Part shown: positions 15,714-26,066 of the stretch, piece after piece
Position numbering within the stretch: the first letter of the stretch is position 1
How the letters are laid out: every line of letters starts with the position of its first letter
Origin: Candidatus Parcubacteria bacterium
Lineage (GTDB): Bacteria; Patescibacteriota; Microgenomatia; Levybacterales; GWA1-39-11
DNA length: 64,000 nt
Reading direction: 5' to 3'
Assembly: GCA_003599595.1 (NCBI GenBank)
Contig: QZIP01000011.1
Span: 2,638-66,637, forward strand
Program-made: the position numbers and the translations under genes
The notes under the pieces: model-generated
The model's database searches: none
What the model saw: the letters and a program-made list of their open reading frames with translations, nothing else
What the model was told of the DNA's origin: nothing

Positions 15714-17558
15714 TTATTGGAGGTCAAATGAATAAAGCTTATTATCTGCAACAACATATCCCTTTTTATTTGCCTCATCTATTGCAAATGAGTCCGCATC
15801 TTTTAGAGAATCCCATTTGTAGGAATTAACATAGTCTCCATCTTTGCCTATCGAAACAATTCTAGCGCTTTGCTTATCCAAGACATAGACGTTTGACATA
15901 TCTTTATCGGTATAAATAGAAAGACTGTTTCCAAAAGGGGTAACTAGGCCTTTAACTGAAAAACTCTCCTCTTTGCCCTTTGTAAATTTCCTTATTTTTC
16001 CATCTGCTTGTATAATCCAAATAGATGAATCTATAGAAAAGCTAACAGGTTCGCTTGAAAAATCAACCTCATTTGTGAAGTAGGAAGACTTGTTGAAGCC
16101 ACTGCTTACATATTTTTCAATATCATTTTCCTGGGAATTAAGAATATAAATATTTCCAAGAAAATTATCTATTGCAACTGCTCCACCGGAAACATTTTTA
16201 ATTATCCTCTCAGGTTTAGTTTTTTCTTTATCAAGTCTATAAATTCCATCTCCGCTTAAAAGATAAACATAGCTTTTATCAGAGCTTGCAATCTTTACAT
16301 CTTTTATTGCGCTTTGTAGCGTTTTTTGTAAAGACCCTTTTGTTGAAAAAAAGAGCACTGCCCCATTATTTTTATTGACAACAACCAGACTGTTTCCCTT
16401 AGTGCTTACCAAGTCTATGGTTTTAACTTTTTCATCTTTTTGGCTGTCAAACAGCACCTCTGTACTTATTTTTATTCCCTGGTCCAGGTCATCAATCTTA
16501 TTGTTTACTTCCGCTAAAAGATTTTCAATCTTTTTTCTTTCATTGCTCCCATTTTCAAATTTATTCTTTGCATCGTTTAACATTTTTTGTACTTCAGTCA
16601 ATTCACTTACAGCAAGGCTTTTGTTAAGATTTAGTATGGAAAGTGCTCCACTGTATTTTTGTTGAGCAGGATCAATAATTGCCTTAAATTCCTGTTCTTG
16701 TTGTTTTTGTTGTTGTCTGTTTTTTTCAATAACAATGCTTGCTCCAAGTGCACCTATCAAAACAATAATAAAAAATAAAATAATTGATTTTTTCCCTCCG
16801 ATAGCAGGTAGTTTTAACCATTCAAAAGAAAACCTTTTAAAGATGGTTTTAGAAGGTAAAATATTTTGTATTTTGTTTGCAATACTTTGCTTGTTTAATC
16901 TTCTTCCGGGATTATCGCTAATCACATCTTCTTCTTCCTTCTTTTCGGCTATTTCATTGCCATCATCCTCCATCTTGCCAGTTTTGTATTTCAATATTAT
17001 ACTTGCCTCTGTTCCTCTTGAATCTCTATGGATAGAAGGAGCAATATTCTCTGCAGCATCTAAAATATCCAAAGTATCCAGCAGTGAAGAAAGTTTATCA
17101 ACTGAGACCTTCTTGTAAAAATCAGCTGTCTCAATGATTATACTGTCATTATCTTTTAAAGGTCCTGAAAAACCATTTATTTCCCCTTCTTCACCTTCTG
17201 CCACAATTCCAATTTTGTCCTCTCTTTTGACTATTACATATCCCTGTCCAGCAATCACTATATAAAGAGTGTTTTGAATAATTGTGCTTAATATTATTGA
17301 ACAGTCTACATTTTCCTCAAGGCTTTTTATGGTATTTTCAACAGATGCTTTAATTGATTCCAAATTTTTTTCATCAAGTGCAAAAAATTCTCTTTGTAGT
17401 TTTTCAAGCACATCCTTCCCTAGAGTTGCTATGGTATTTTTTGCATGTTCCCTCTTAATACTTATAACCACATAAAGATTTAAGGTTGAATAGACCTGAG
17501 ACCAGCCTGTTTCAGTAGCATTTGCAACGATTTTAGATAAAAGAATATCTCCCTTCAT
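15714..17558 (-). CDS. Hypothetical membrane-anchored protein (614 aa) with a central TM segment and a beta-rich C-terminal domain
   Basis: Long ORF with one clear hydrophobic helix (SIILFFIIVLIGALGASIVI) and a Gln-rich linker. No confident domain call. Confidence 0.55.
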   Translation of the reverse strand: MKGDILLSKIVANATETGWSQVYSTLNLYVVISIKREHAKNTIATLGKDVLEKLQREFFALDEKNLESIKASVENTIKSLEENVDCSIILSTIIQNTLYIVIAGQGYVIVKREDKIGIVAEGEEGEINGFSGPLKDNDSIIIETADFYKKVSVDKLSSLLDTLDILDAAENIAPSIHRDSRGTEASIILKYKTGKMEDDGNEIAEKKEEEDVISDNPGRRLNKQSIANKIQNILPSKTIFKRFSFEWLKLPAIGGKKSIILFFIIVLIGALGASIVIEKNRQQQKQQEQEFKAIIDPAQQKYSGALSILNLNKSLAVSELTEVQKMLNDAKNKFENGSNERKKIENLLAEVNNKIDDLDQGIKISTEVLFDSQKDEKVKTIDLVSTKGNSLVVVNKNNGAVLFFSTKGSLQKTLQSAIKDVKIASSDKSYVYLLSGDGIYRLDKEKTKPERIIKNVSGGAVAIDNFLGNIYILNSQENDIEKYVSSGFNKSSYFTNEVDFSSEPVSFSIDSSIWIIQADGKIRKFTKGKEESFSVKGLVTPFGNSLSIYTDKDMSNVYVLDKQSARIVSIGKDGDYVNSYKWDSLKDADSFAIDEANKKGYVVADNKLYSFDLQ

Positions 17559-17815
17559 AGGAACAGTGCAACAAAGATTAATAGTGATAAAGACATAAGG
17601 ACATTTAAGAGAGAAAGAGTCTTAAAGATTGGGGAAAAAGTTATTTGATTTACTATTCCGTTTAAGATATTTATTTGCTTGGCAAAAACTATTGCAAACA
17701 AGATGTATAAAGAAACAAGAATAATCAAAATATATTTAGATATTATGTTCTGATCGCTAACAATAGAAGAAAAACTATTAAAGATATTAAATATGTCCAT
17801 GTTGTTTATTTCCAA
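17555..17815 (-). CDS. Small membrane protein (86 aa)
   Basis: Two hydrophobic helices. Overlaps the downstream gene start by 4 nt (ATGA coupling). Confidence 0.35.
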   Translation of the reverse strand: MEINNMDIFNIFNSFSSIVSDQNIISKYILIILVSLYILFAIVFAKQINILNGIVNQITFSPIFKTLSLLNVLMSLSLLIFVALFL

Positions 17816-18452
17816 TTAAATTACTGAGTATATTAATTATTTTTCCAGGATCTGGTACTCTATCAAACTCAAAATTTTTAAGCTCTCCGGCAGTCTGGAT
17901 TAAAACATCTCCATACCCCAAAATTGATCTCAACCCTCCAATCTGAGTGTAGCTGACATCCTCTATCAAGTCAAGTTTTGTTTGGGCAACATTTCTATGC
18001 AGCGTATTAATAATGTCTATATCAATTATTCTTTTGTTTGTTAATATTCCAATGTGAAAATACCAGGAAGAAAAATTAATCAAAAAGTAGCCAAAAATTA
18101 TTAAATAATAAAAAATAAATATAGAGGTTTTTGTAAGTATAGAAATATTGATAAACGGAAAAATAATTGTTAAAAACGGAGCAAGAATTATTGGGATAAT
18201 TACAAGAAATATGATGGCGGCAATCCAGGGAATATTGGTTGCAAAGTGTCTTCTAACCAGAAGTATAATTTCTTCATCGCTATCTTGATGCTCAAAAACC
18301 ACATTTTTAGGATAAACAAGCAAAGATGAATAAAAATGAGGAGAGCTTTTTTTGTGTCTTCCGTGTGTGTCTTGCTGTAATTTTTTGTTTTCTGGTTGAG
18401 GATGTTTAATAATAAATTCTCCTTCAATTGGTTTGTTTCTAGAAGCTTGCAT
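17787..18452 (-). CDS. Membrane protein with a PH-like (bPH_2/DUF304-type) C-terminal domain
   Basis: Two TM helices followed by a NKRIIDIDI...IGGLRSILGYGDVLIQTAG segment typical of membrane-flanked bacterial PH domains. Confidence 0.4.
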   Translation of the reverse strand: MQASRNKPIEGEFIIKHPQPENKKLQQDTHGRHKKSSPHFYSSLLVYPKNVVFEHQDSDEEIILLVRRHFATNIPWIAAIIFLVIIPIILAPFLTIIFPFINISILTKTSIFIFYYLIIFGYFLINFSSWYFHIGILTNKRIIDIDIINTLHRNVAQTKLDLIEDVSYTQIGGLRSILGYGDVLIQTAGELKNFEFDRVPDPGKIINILSNLIGNKQHGHI

Positions 18453-18505
18453 AGTCTTTAAATTATAGCTAAAATTGCTCTTGTTTGCTACCTTTTCACT
18501 TTTGC

Positions 18506-20236
18506 TTATCTCTTTTCCACATTATACAAAGGTCCAACAATTTGAATATTGGCAGGAGCTCTTAAGTTAAAGTAGTTTTTAAACTCTTGACCATCAAAGC
18601 TATTGTTTCCAGCATTACCTGATACAGTAATGGTGTTTGTTTTTCCAACATTTTTATCCCAGTCAACAGAAAAGTTAGAAACGCTGTTATAAGGAGTAAT
18701 ACCCTTACTGTTCAACTCTTTTTTAACCCGTTCCCTGTCCCATGTCTCAACTCCATCGGGGTTAGGCTTATCAGGTTGTGAGAGATGTGTTTGGGTTGAT
18801 GAGTCAGCTTTAGCAAGTAACAATACATTTATGATGTCAGCAGCTTCATCTTGTTTTAGCCAGGCAGATTTTGCATACTCATTTCTAAATCCTTGTGCCG
18901 AATACAAGCAGGGAGAGTCTTTATCATACGATTTATTTATAAGGTCTTCAAAGCTGTTGATTTCACCATCTGTGTCTCTCAGTCTTTTTGTCCAAGGTCT
19001 GTCATTCCAGCCAACATCTGCCGATGTGAACGTGTAGCCTCCGGCGGTTGACGCATACCAAGCAGTGATAGCCTGCCCTCCCGAAACCATCACTTTTCCA
19101 GCAGTTTCCCTCACTGCTTGTTCCCAAGCCCCTCCCTTATTTCCTCCTTTATATACCTGGCAGGCCTGAGTTGTGCAAATCTCCTTTTCTCCATTATTTG
19201 TATATGAAAGTGCATAAGACCGCGCCGCAATTACCTGGGCCTTTAAAGCCTCTATATGAAAACTGTTTGGCATCTCATAGATCCCAAGCATATATTCTTC
19301 CAGATCCATTTCTCCATAACCTTGTACTTTTATTCTTGCCGACCGTGTTTCAAAAGAAAAATTATCAAAATATGTTCTTAAAATATCCTCATGGTTCTGA
19401 TTCGCTCTCCTGGCTCTCCCATCTGCTCCATATTGATTCATCCCTACCCTATGTGGAATCCCAAAAGTATAAAATGCAAATGCAGGACTGAATCCTGGGT
19501 CAAGCTTTCTGTCATCTGTACAAAAGAGGGGACCTGCTCCCAAGCTTGTTGGTAAATTCAAGCTACCAAGTTTTTGGGCAAGTAATTGTTGTTGTTTTGC
19601 GCTAAGTTGTGCGATTTGATTTGTTAAAGTTGCTTGATACGCTTTTGCGCCACCCACAAGTTTCTCAATCTCTGCCTTTTCGCTGTCAAGTTTTGATTTT
19701 GTTGCGCTTAGTCTTGATTCTTCATCTTCAAGCGTTTTTTTCCTTCCTTCCAAGTCCACAATCTTTAATGCAATACTTGTAATGATGTCTTTATCTCTAT
19801 TTGCTTCTCTTTTTTGATATGCCAATACTCTGGTTATATTTGATGCGTCATCAGATGAAACAAAAACCACCAAAGGAGAAAAAAAGTAGGTTTTAATATA
19901 GTAGTTTCTTACCGTCTTGTTTAATAATTCTTTTTGTTTTTCAAGATTTTTATAGCCCTCATCAATAGTTTTTCTCTTTTCAGCAATATCTGACTCTAAA
20001 TATTTTACTCTCTGCTCAATTTGTGCCAGCTGATTTCTCATATTTATCAATTGGGATTCAAAGGGGGCAGTTGCGCGCTTGGACATGTCTAGTGCCGATT
20101 GAAGTTCGTTTATTTTTTTATTTAGATCATCCAGCTCATCCGAATAAGCTTTTTTAACAGGAAAAAATGCTTGAAAAATCAGAAAGAAAAACAGAAGAAA
20201 TATAAAAGAAAAAATAAAAGGCAGTACTCTCTTCAC
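18506..20236 (-). CDS. SpoIID/LytB-domain protein with N-terminal coiled coil
   Basis: Signal/TM segment and a long coiled coil. SpoIID/LytB signatures present: GIPHRVGMNQYGA, EALKAQVIAARSYAL, CTTQACQVY, WYASTAGGYT. Confidence 0.75.
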   Translation of the reverse strand: MKRVLPFIFSFIFLLFFFLIFQAFFPVKKAYSDELDDLNKKINELQSALDMSKRATAPFESQLINMRNQLAQIEQRVKYLESDIAEKRKTIDEGYKNLEKQKELLNKTVRNYYIKTYFFSPLVVFVSSDDASNITRVLAYQKREANRDKDIITSIALKIVDLEGRKKTLEDEESRLSATKSKLDSEKAEIEKLVGGAKAYQATLTNQIAQLSAKQQQLLAQKLGSLNLPTSLGAGPLFCTDDRKLDPGFSPAFAFYTFGIPHRVGMNQYGADGRARRANQNHEDILRTYFDNFSFETRSARIKVQGYGEMDLEEYMLGIYEMPNSFHIEALKAQVIAARSYALSYTNNGEKEICTTQACQVYKGGNKGGAWEQAVRETAGKVMVSGGQAITAWYASTAGGYTFTSADVGWNDRPWTKRLRDTDGEINSFEDLINKSYDKDSPCLYSAQGFRNEYAKSAWLKQDEAADIINVLLLAKADSSTQTHLSQPDKPNPDGVETWDRERVKKELNSKGITPYNSVSNFSVDWDKNVGKTNTITVSGNAGNNSFDGQEFKNYFNLRAPANIQIVGPLYNVEKR

Positions 20237-20333
20237 AGCCCATTCATTATATCAAATGAGCCTTCACATAAAAACCCAAAAGATTCTAAAATTTGACTTT
20301 AAATTCCAATCTGGTAAAATATAGGCTTAAATT

Positions 20334-20972
20334 ATGAGAAAAGGAGAATTCGTTCCAGAAGGAAGGCGCTCACCACTGCAAGTTATAAGACATGCAGTGC
20401 AAGAGGTAAGGCAAAAAGCAGCTGTAGAAGCTTTAGGTCATAAAGTTGCTGATGTTCAGGCCCTGCTTACAACACTGGGAAAAGTTTATGCAAATGAGGT
20501 TCCCAATTTTGTAAGTCCAGAGGGACAAGCTACGGAAAGAGAGTATCTATACACAATAGCCGATTATTTTATGCAGATTCTAAAAGTCGCAAGTCCAGCA
20601 ATCTTCAATATAGAGGGAAACCCTCCACGCATTCGTTTAGATTCTTTTAGAAGAGCAGGATTATGTGGAGGTGAAGAAAATTTGGAGTTAGTATTATTGA
20701 GATCGGGGGAATTAGGGTTCCAAAGCAGATGGGATGATGATTCAAGAGGTTACTCTTCTAATAAATTAAATCCTTCCAATTTTCATATGTTGCCGGACCT
20801 TGAATCTCATATATTTAGTTTACCAAGACTTGCTCAAGTTGTTACTTCCCAATTAGAAGGGGTTGTTAGGTCTTGTACGGAAGAGCAACCGGAATATATG
20901 GCAAGCCTAAGAAGCTTAGCAGAAGTTACAAGACAACACACGGAAGAGCTAGGCGCCATCAAAAGACCATAG
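20334..20972 (+). CDS. Hypothetical protein (212 aa); GC- and Arg-richer than its neighbours
   Basis: ORF with atypical composition relative to flanking genes. No recognisable motif. Confidence 0.4.
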   Translation: MRKGEFVPEGRRSPLQVIRHAVQEVRQKAAVEALGHKVADVQALLTTLGKVYANEVPNFVSPEGQATEREYLYTIADYFMQILKVASPAIFNIEGNPPRIRLDSFRRAGLCGGEENLELVLLRSGELGFQSRWDDDSRGYSSNKLNPSNFHMLPDLESHIFSLPRLAQVVTSQLEGVVRSCTEEQPEYMASLRSLAEVTRQHTEELGAIKRP

Positions 20973-21251
20973 CTTAAAATTTAAATTAATTCTCCATTAT
21001 TATAAAACTCTTCTTAATATTATTTTATTCAAATTTTTATAATATTTATTGACCACATTTATTAATAATCTCATTAACATCTTAAATCCTTATTGACTTT
21101 TACCTAAAATATTATCCACTATGTATAGTGTACTAGTGCACTATACATAATTACCTCAATAGTCTGTATAAAACTGACTAAGCAAACTTAATTCCCATAA
21201 AGAGATAAGGAGCAAAAGGTGCGCTAGATTGTCACTAGGTGATCTGTATTA

Positions 21252-21725
21252 TTAAACAACTATTGGTAGTGAGAATTGATTTTCTTTGTATTGAAGATAA
21301 AGCTTTATAGTTTGACTGTGGTCAAATGCAAATTCTTCAAAATCCGGTAAATCTTTTATTGGGAACCATCTTATTTCTTTAGATTCCTTGTCAGGCTCAC
21401 CGGTTTTTTCTTTTACTTTCACAATAAATTCCAATGCCACATTTTGCCTATTCTCTTCTTTTGGTCTGTTGGGATTAGAATTTATTCTAAAAAGCACTAT
21501 AACTTCTCCATCCCATCCGGTTTCCTCTTTTAATTCTCTCAAAATTCCTTGTTCTACCGTTTCATCTCTGTCCAAAAATCCTCCCGGCAGTCCCCATTTG
21601 CCACCTTCCGGTATGTGCTGGGCACGCTTCTCAAGCAGTAAGCATCCATCTTTTTCAACAATTGCGTGTAAAACAACGTGTCTAAAACTTGTTTTAGCAC
21701 CATTTTCCAATTCACAGGTAATCAT
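21252..21725 (-). CDS. NUDIX hydrolase
   Basis: Nudix box GGKWGLPGGFLDRDETVEQGILRELKEETG. Confidence 0.85.
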   Translation of the reverse strand: MITCELENGAKTSFRHVVLHAIVEKDGCLLLEKRAQHIPEGGKWGLPGGFLDRDETVEQGILRELKEETGWDGEVIVLFRINSNPNRPKEENRQNVALEFIVKVKEKTGEPDKESKEIRWFPIKDLPDFEEFAFDHSQTIKLYLQYKENQFSLPIVV

Positions 21726-21757
21726 ATATCAACCATTTTACCACTTTTTCGTAGAAA

Positions 21758-22150
21758 TTAATTTGAAGAAACTCTATCGGTGGGGGCAAAGTCTAATTGG
21801 TACTCAGGTATTCCAATAGATATTCCGTATTCTCTCGCTTCTTGGTAAAGTATCGGATTTTGTAAGTCTACCTTAAAAATTTTATTGGGGAAAATAATAT
21901 AATGGAAACTTTCATTTTTAAAATCTGCATACCAATCATTATGTTCTTTATCAAAAGATTTGCTCAATTTTTCCGTAACTTGATCTACATTTCCTTCCGG
22001 AATTTCAACAGTATGCAATGTCCATTGTTTTAAATAAGGGGTTTGGTGTGTGGGGGTAACCTCTTCAATTTTTGTACTTATAATTTTTACATCATCTAAA
22101 ACAGATTTATCACTCAGACTTTCTCCAATAATGACACCTTTATAATTCAT
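21758..22150 (-). CDS. Hypothetical protein (130 aa)
   Basis: ORF in an operon-like arrangement between def and the NUDIX gene. Confidence 0.45.
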   Translation of the reverse strand: MNYKGVIIGESLSDKSVLDDVKIISTKIEEVTPTHQTPYLKQWTLHTVEIPEGNVDQVTEKLSKSFDKEHNDWYADFKNESFHYIIFPNKIFKVDLQNPILYQEAREYGISIGIPEYQLDFAPTDRVSSN

Positions 22151-22188
22151 ATAAGATCGCCTCCTTCCCTATATTTTATGAGTGTTGA

Positions 22189-22776
22189 TCAAAAAATCTT
22201 AGAAAACTGTTTGACTGTTATTTTTGAAGCTTCAGTTTGCAAAGGAGAAGATGATATCTCCTTTACATAAAAATCCCAACTCATTAATTGTTTGTAATCC
22301 AATATCTTCTCCGTAAATTCTATTCCAGACAAATGGTCATACTCATGTTGTATAACACGTCCTAGGAGCCCATCGCAGACAAGACGAAACTTTGTTCCGT
22401 CTAAATCATAAGCTTCTATTGTAATCTGTTTGGGTCTTCTAACGGGCCCAAAAAGTTCTCCATATGCCACGCTGCCGCAACCTTCGTAAATAACAACTTC
22501 CTCATTAGAGAAATTAACAATCTGAGGATTAATGTAAGCTCGAAGCTCGTCAGCTTGATCTGCTTTTCTTGTTTTTGTTTTTCTTGGTTCCGTAACAATC
22601 AATCTGTAGTTTTCTCCAATTTGAGGCGCAGCAATACCTACCAGATCGTTTTTATGCATAGTATCAATAATATCTTTAATAACTCTTTTTATTCTGGGGC
22701 TATAGAGGTTTTTAACAGCCTTATTCTTTGCTTTTAATTTTGGATCTCCAATCTGAAGAATATCTCTTATTGCCAT
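22189..22776 (-). CDS. def: Peptide deformylase
   Basis: The three PDF motifs: GIAAPQIG, EGCGSV, HEYDHLSG. Confidence 0.9.
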   Translation of the reverse strand: MAIRDILQIGDPKLKAKNKAVKNLYSPRIKRVIKDIIDTMHKNDLVGIAAPQIGENYRLIVTEPRKTKTRKADQADELRAYINPQIVNFSNEEVVIYEGCGSVAYGELFGPVRRPKQITIEAYDLDGTKFRLVCDGLLGRVIQHEYDHLSGIEFTEKILDYKQLMSWDFYVKEISSSPLQTEASKITVKQFSKIF

Positions 22777-22802
22777 ACACTTTGTCGTCTACATTTATGT
22801 TG

Positions 22803-22874
22803 TGGGCCTGCTTGGGTTCGAACCAAGGACATCTAACTTATAAGGTTAGCGCTCTGCCACTGAGCTACAGGCCC
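22803..22874 (-). tRNA. tRNA-Ile with anticodon UAU
   Basis: Reverse complement is GGGCCTGTAGCTCAGTGGCAGAGCGCTAACCTTATAAGTTAGATGTCCTTGGTTCGAACCCAAGCAGGCCCA. It forms a cloverleaf. The anticodon stem is CTAAC/GTTAG and the loop CTTATAA gives anticodon TAT. The acceptor and D-arm are Ile-like. CCA is not encoded. Confidence 0.8.
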
Positions 22875-23095
22875 CGGCAAAATGAATTATAGCCTAAATT
22901 AGGCATAGGGGCAATAGAAGTCATTTTATAAAGAAGACACCTTTAAAAATTCAAAAGTCAAAATTCAAAAGTCAAAAGTTAGGTGTCGCAAGCGACTATT
23001 GATAAGCAGTTAAAGAAAACACCCTTTAAAGTTATAAATTATTACTACGTGCTACAAGCCACAAGCTAAAAGCTAGCTTTGAGCTGTGAACTTTT

Positions 23096-25519
23096 TTAGA
23101 TGTTCCCCTTAAATCCTCCACCTTCAGGTCCACCTCTTTCCAATTCCGGTTTTTCTCCAGTATCTGCAAAAACTTCAAAAAGCTTTGATCTTTTTGCAAT
23201 CTCTGCCTCTACCAGATCTTTTGGCCTTCCGCACTTCAGACGTGACAATTCTCTTATAAGTTCTGCTACTCTTGGATTTGCTTGCGAGGTTTCAGAAGAA
23301 ACATCCCGTGTCAAGTCCATAGAAAAGGGTAAAACTGGTTCGCCATTAACTTGTGTTTTGACATACGCATGGTATGCCTCTATGTTTATGAGATCTGCTT
23401 CTGAAAATACGGGTTGAAATTCATGTTGAAGGTAATTTGCATCAGTTACTCCAACCCTGAATGAAACAACTGTTCCCACATTTCCAAAAACCGCATTTTT
23501 AATATCTTCTTCCATCTGTCCAATAAATTGATTTGCAACCGTGAGATTAAGTCTATACTTTCTTGCTTCAGACAGAATTTGAGCAAAATCAGGTGTGGCA
23601 AAATTTTGGAACTCGTCAACATATAAGAAAAAGTCTTTTCTCTTATCTTCAGGAAGATCTTGCCTGGACATTGCTGCCACCAGAATCTTGGGTACTAAAA
23701 TCAATCCCAAGAAGGAAGAATTCTCCTCTCCAATTTTTCCTTTTGCCAAAGAAAAGAGAAGTATTTTCCCTTGGTCCATAACCTCACGCAGGTTAAATGA
23801 GCTTTGGCTCTGCCCAATAATATTTCTCATCATTTTATTTGTTACAAATCTCCCAAACTTAGAAACTATATAATCCATAACTTCAGATTTATGAAAATCA
23901 CTGGTTTGAGCTATCTGATCGGTCCAGTACCTTCTAATAAGGGGATCTTGCACTTTTGGTAAGAGTTCCTGTACAAAAGTTGGATCAGTTAATATTCTCA
24001 TTACTTCAACAAAGGTACTTCCCTCCTCAGACATAACCGTTAGCATAGCATTTCTTACCGCGTGCTCAAACCGTGGTCCTACAATTCCTGTTTGGTGTGG
24101 ATCAAACAATTTCTGCATAAGCCCAAGAATAGAGGCAACCACTAAGTGTTTTTGTTCTTCAGTATGGGCCTCAAGCATATTTAAAGCCATTGGTCTTTCA
24201 GTATCAGATGGGTCAAAAAGGATTACATCCTCAGCTCTTTCAGGAGGAATTAAAGGCAAAAGTTTGTCAATTAAATCATGCGGATCAATAACACATACCC
24301 CATGCCCGTTTTTTATGTCCTGTAAAATCATATCTTTTAAAAATTCTGATTTTCCAACACCGGTTTTTCCAATAATGTACATATGTCTTCTTCTATCTGA
24401 CAATCCTATATGGATAGGCTTACTGATTCCTCTATAAACACTTTTACCAATATAAAGTCCTGAAGTTGGAATATTGGCCGCCGCCGGAGCCGTCCTTGCT
24501 GTAAGCCAGTGGATGTGCGGTGTTTCAACGCTTTTATTAGGAAAATGGAACAACGTTGCAAGTTCTTCAGTGGTTAACAATGATCCCTTACTAAATAAAG
24601 GAATATATCTATATATAAAGTCCGTCATAAACATTCCCTTGAAAAATCTTATCTTCTCTTTTGTAAAAGAGTTATAAGAAGAAAACTGGGTAAATGCGCT
24701 TACCATGTTTGATAGATGGGCATCAGCAGATTCTTTACTGGAAGAAACAACAACAGCTCTCACCCAAGCCTTAAATCCGGGCTTTGTTAACTTCTGGTCA
24801 ATTGCTTCAAGTTCTTTTTGATCTATTGAATATTTTGCTGTTTCAGGATTTGCCTCACGTTTTTTAACCGTTGAAACATAGTTTCTGCCGGTCCCTTTCC
24901 AGTCATCTCCACAAGGTGCAATAAGAATCTGTAAGGCTCCAGCTTCTCCCTGCTGCATTTTTGCCAAAATACTGGTAATGGTAGACAAAGGATCAACAGG
25001 GAGATCTTTATATGTTTTTATTGGAATATAATCAGAAGATTTAAGTTTGAGCCCAGCAAACGCAACTTTGCCTTCTTCATTGAAAATGTTGTATTCTTCA
25101 ACCTCATTTATCTGAGCCCCGGGATAGGATCCGTTAATTTGCTTTTCCACCATATCTTTATATTTATTTGGCACTCCCACATAAAATTTTATATCTCCAG
25201 GTGTTCCTACTATTTCAAAAGAAAGGCTATCTGGCACTTTTAAAAATGAAAAGAACCCGCCTCCGCTTTTAAGAGACATAAGGCTGGTAAACATTTGCTC
25301 GGCTGCATCGATTTTGATTTCATTATCCCGCGGCAAGCTTATCTCAAGAAGGGAAGAGTCTAAAGATTTTATGTGGCGTGCGCGGGCCTTCATCCATAGA
25401 ACAAAAAGATAAAAAAGACCAATGCTTACAACAGCCAAAGCAGAGACAATTAATACTCCAGAAAGTATAACAAAAAGTAAATTTATTAAATTATCAGCAG
25501 AAAACATATTAAGCTGCAT
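23096..25519 (-). CDS. Membrane-anchored VirB4/TraC-family (or VirD4/HerA/FtsK-related) P-loop ATPase
   Basis: N-terminal TM segment (LINLLFVILSGVLIVSALAVVSIGLFYLFVLW), an N-terminal domain of about 300 aa, then a C-terminal ATPase with Walker A YIIGKTGVGKSEF, Walker B LYVDEFQNF and a downstream TVANQ motif. Confidence 0.5.
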   Translation of the reverse strand: MQLNMFSADNLINLLFVILSGVLIVSALAVVSIGLFYLFVLWMKARARHIKSLDSSLLEISLPRDNEIKIDAAEQMFTSLMSLKSGGGFFSFLKVPDSLSFEIVGTPGDIKFYVGVPNKYKDMVEKQINGSYPGAQINEVEEYNIFNEEGKVAFAGLKLKSSDYIPIKTYKDLPVDPLSTITSILAKMQQGEAGALQILIAPCGDDWKGTGRNYVSTVKKREANPETAKYSIDQKELEAIDQKLTKPGFKAWVRAVVVSSSKESADAHLSNMVSAFTQFSSYNSFTKEKIRFFKGMFMTDFIYRYIPLFSKGSLLTTEELATLFHFPNKSVETPHIHWLTARTAPAAANIPTSGLYIGKSVYRGISKPIHIGLSDRRRHMYIIGKTGVGKSEFLKDMILQDIKNGHGVCVIDPHDLIDKLLPLIPPERAEDVILFDPSDTERPMALNMLEAHTEEQKHLVVASILGLMQKLFDPHQTGIVGPRFEHAVRNAMLTVMSEEGSTFVEVMRILTDPTFVQELLPKVQDPLIRRYWTDQIAQTSDFHKSEVMDYIVSKFGRFVTNKMMRNIIGQSQSSFNLREVMDQGKILLFSLAKGKIGEENSSFLGLILVPKILVAAMSRQDLPEDKRKDFFLYVDEFQNFATPDFAQILSEARKYRLNLTVANQFIGQMEEDIKNAVFGNVGTVVSFRVGVTDANYLQHEFQPVFSEADLINIEAYHAYVKTQVNGEPVLPFSMDLTRDVSSETSQANPRVAELIRELSRLKCGRPKDLVEAEIAKRSKLFEVFADTGEKPELERGGPEGGGFKGNI

Positions 25520-25895
25520 GTTTAATCCCTCCTTGTCTTTCTTTTCTTTGTCTCAGCTTTGCAAGAAGAACTTCTTCTGCCCATCGTGAGTCATTCGGTG
25601 ATCCACCACCTCGAGCACTATTTATAGGAGAAATTTCAGGAGTTTCAGCTCCAGCTTTTTGACCTGGAAATTGAATTATGGAAGGAGTTTCATTTGGAAC
25701 AGTATGAGGGCCTGGGATTACCTCTGCTCCTGTTCCTGTCAGGTTATCGTGTGCTTTTTGAGCCTCTATTGCAGGATGCGCTATGCTTACATATCCTTCT
25801 GCTCCTTCCTGAACTGTTGGAACAACAGCTTCTCCTATTGGAGTTGCTGCATTAACTGCTTCAGTCAGTCTGTCCTTTTCTTTTTGTGCGTCCAT
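25509..25895 (-). CDS. Hypothetical protein (128 aa), no TM
   Basis: ORF whose stop overlaps the ATPase start by 11 nt, suggesting translational coupling. Somewhat GC-rich. Confidence 0.35.
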   Translation of the reverse strand: MDAQKEKDRLTEAVNAATPIGEAVVPTVQEGAEGYVSIAHPAIEAQKAHDNLTGTGAEVIPGPHTVPNETPSIIQFPGQKAGAETPEISPINSARGGGSPNDSRWAEEVLLAKLRQRKERQGGIKHAA

Positions 25896-26066
25896 AGATC
25901 AATAATAGCATATTAGAGTATGTCTAGCAATTAAATTTAGCCACAATTTCCTAACAACAAGATAACAAAATAAACAGCTGCAATCATCCGCAAGTAAGTC
26001 CTTGGGTTTTGTCATTGCGATCCCGGGCTAATGAAGTGAGTCGGGGGAGAAGCAATCTCTTTAAGA

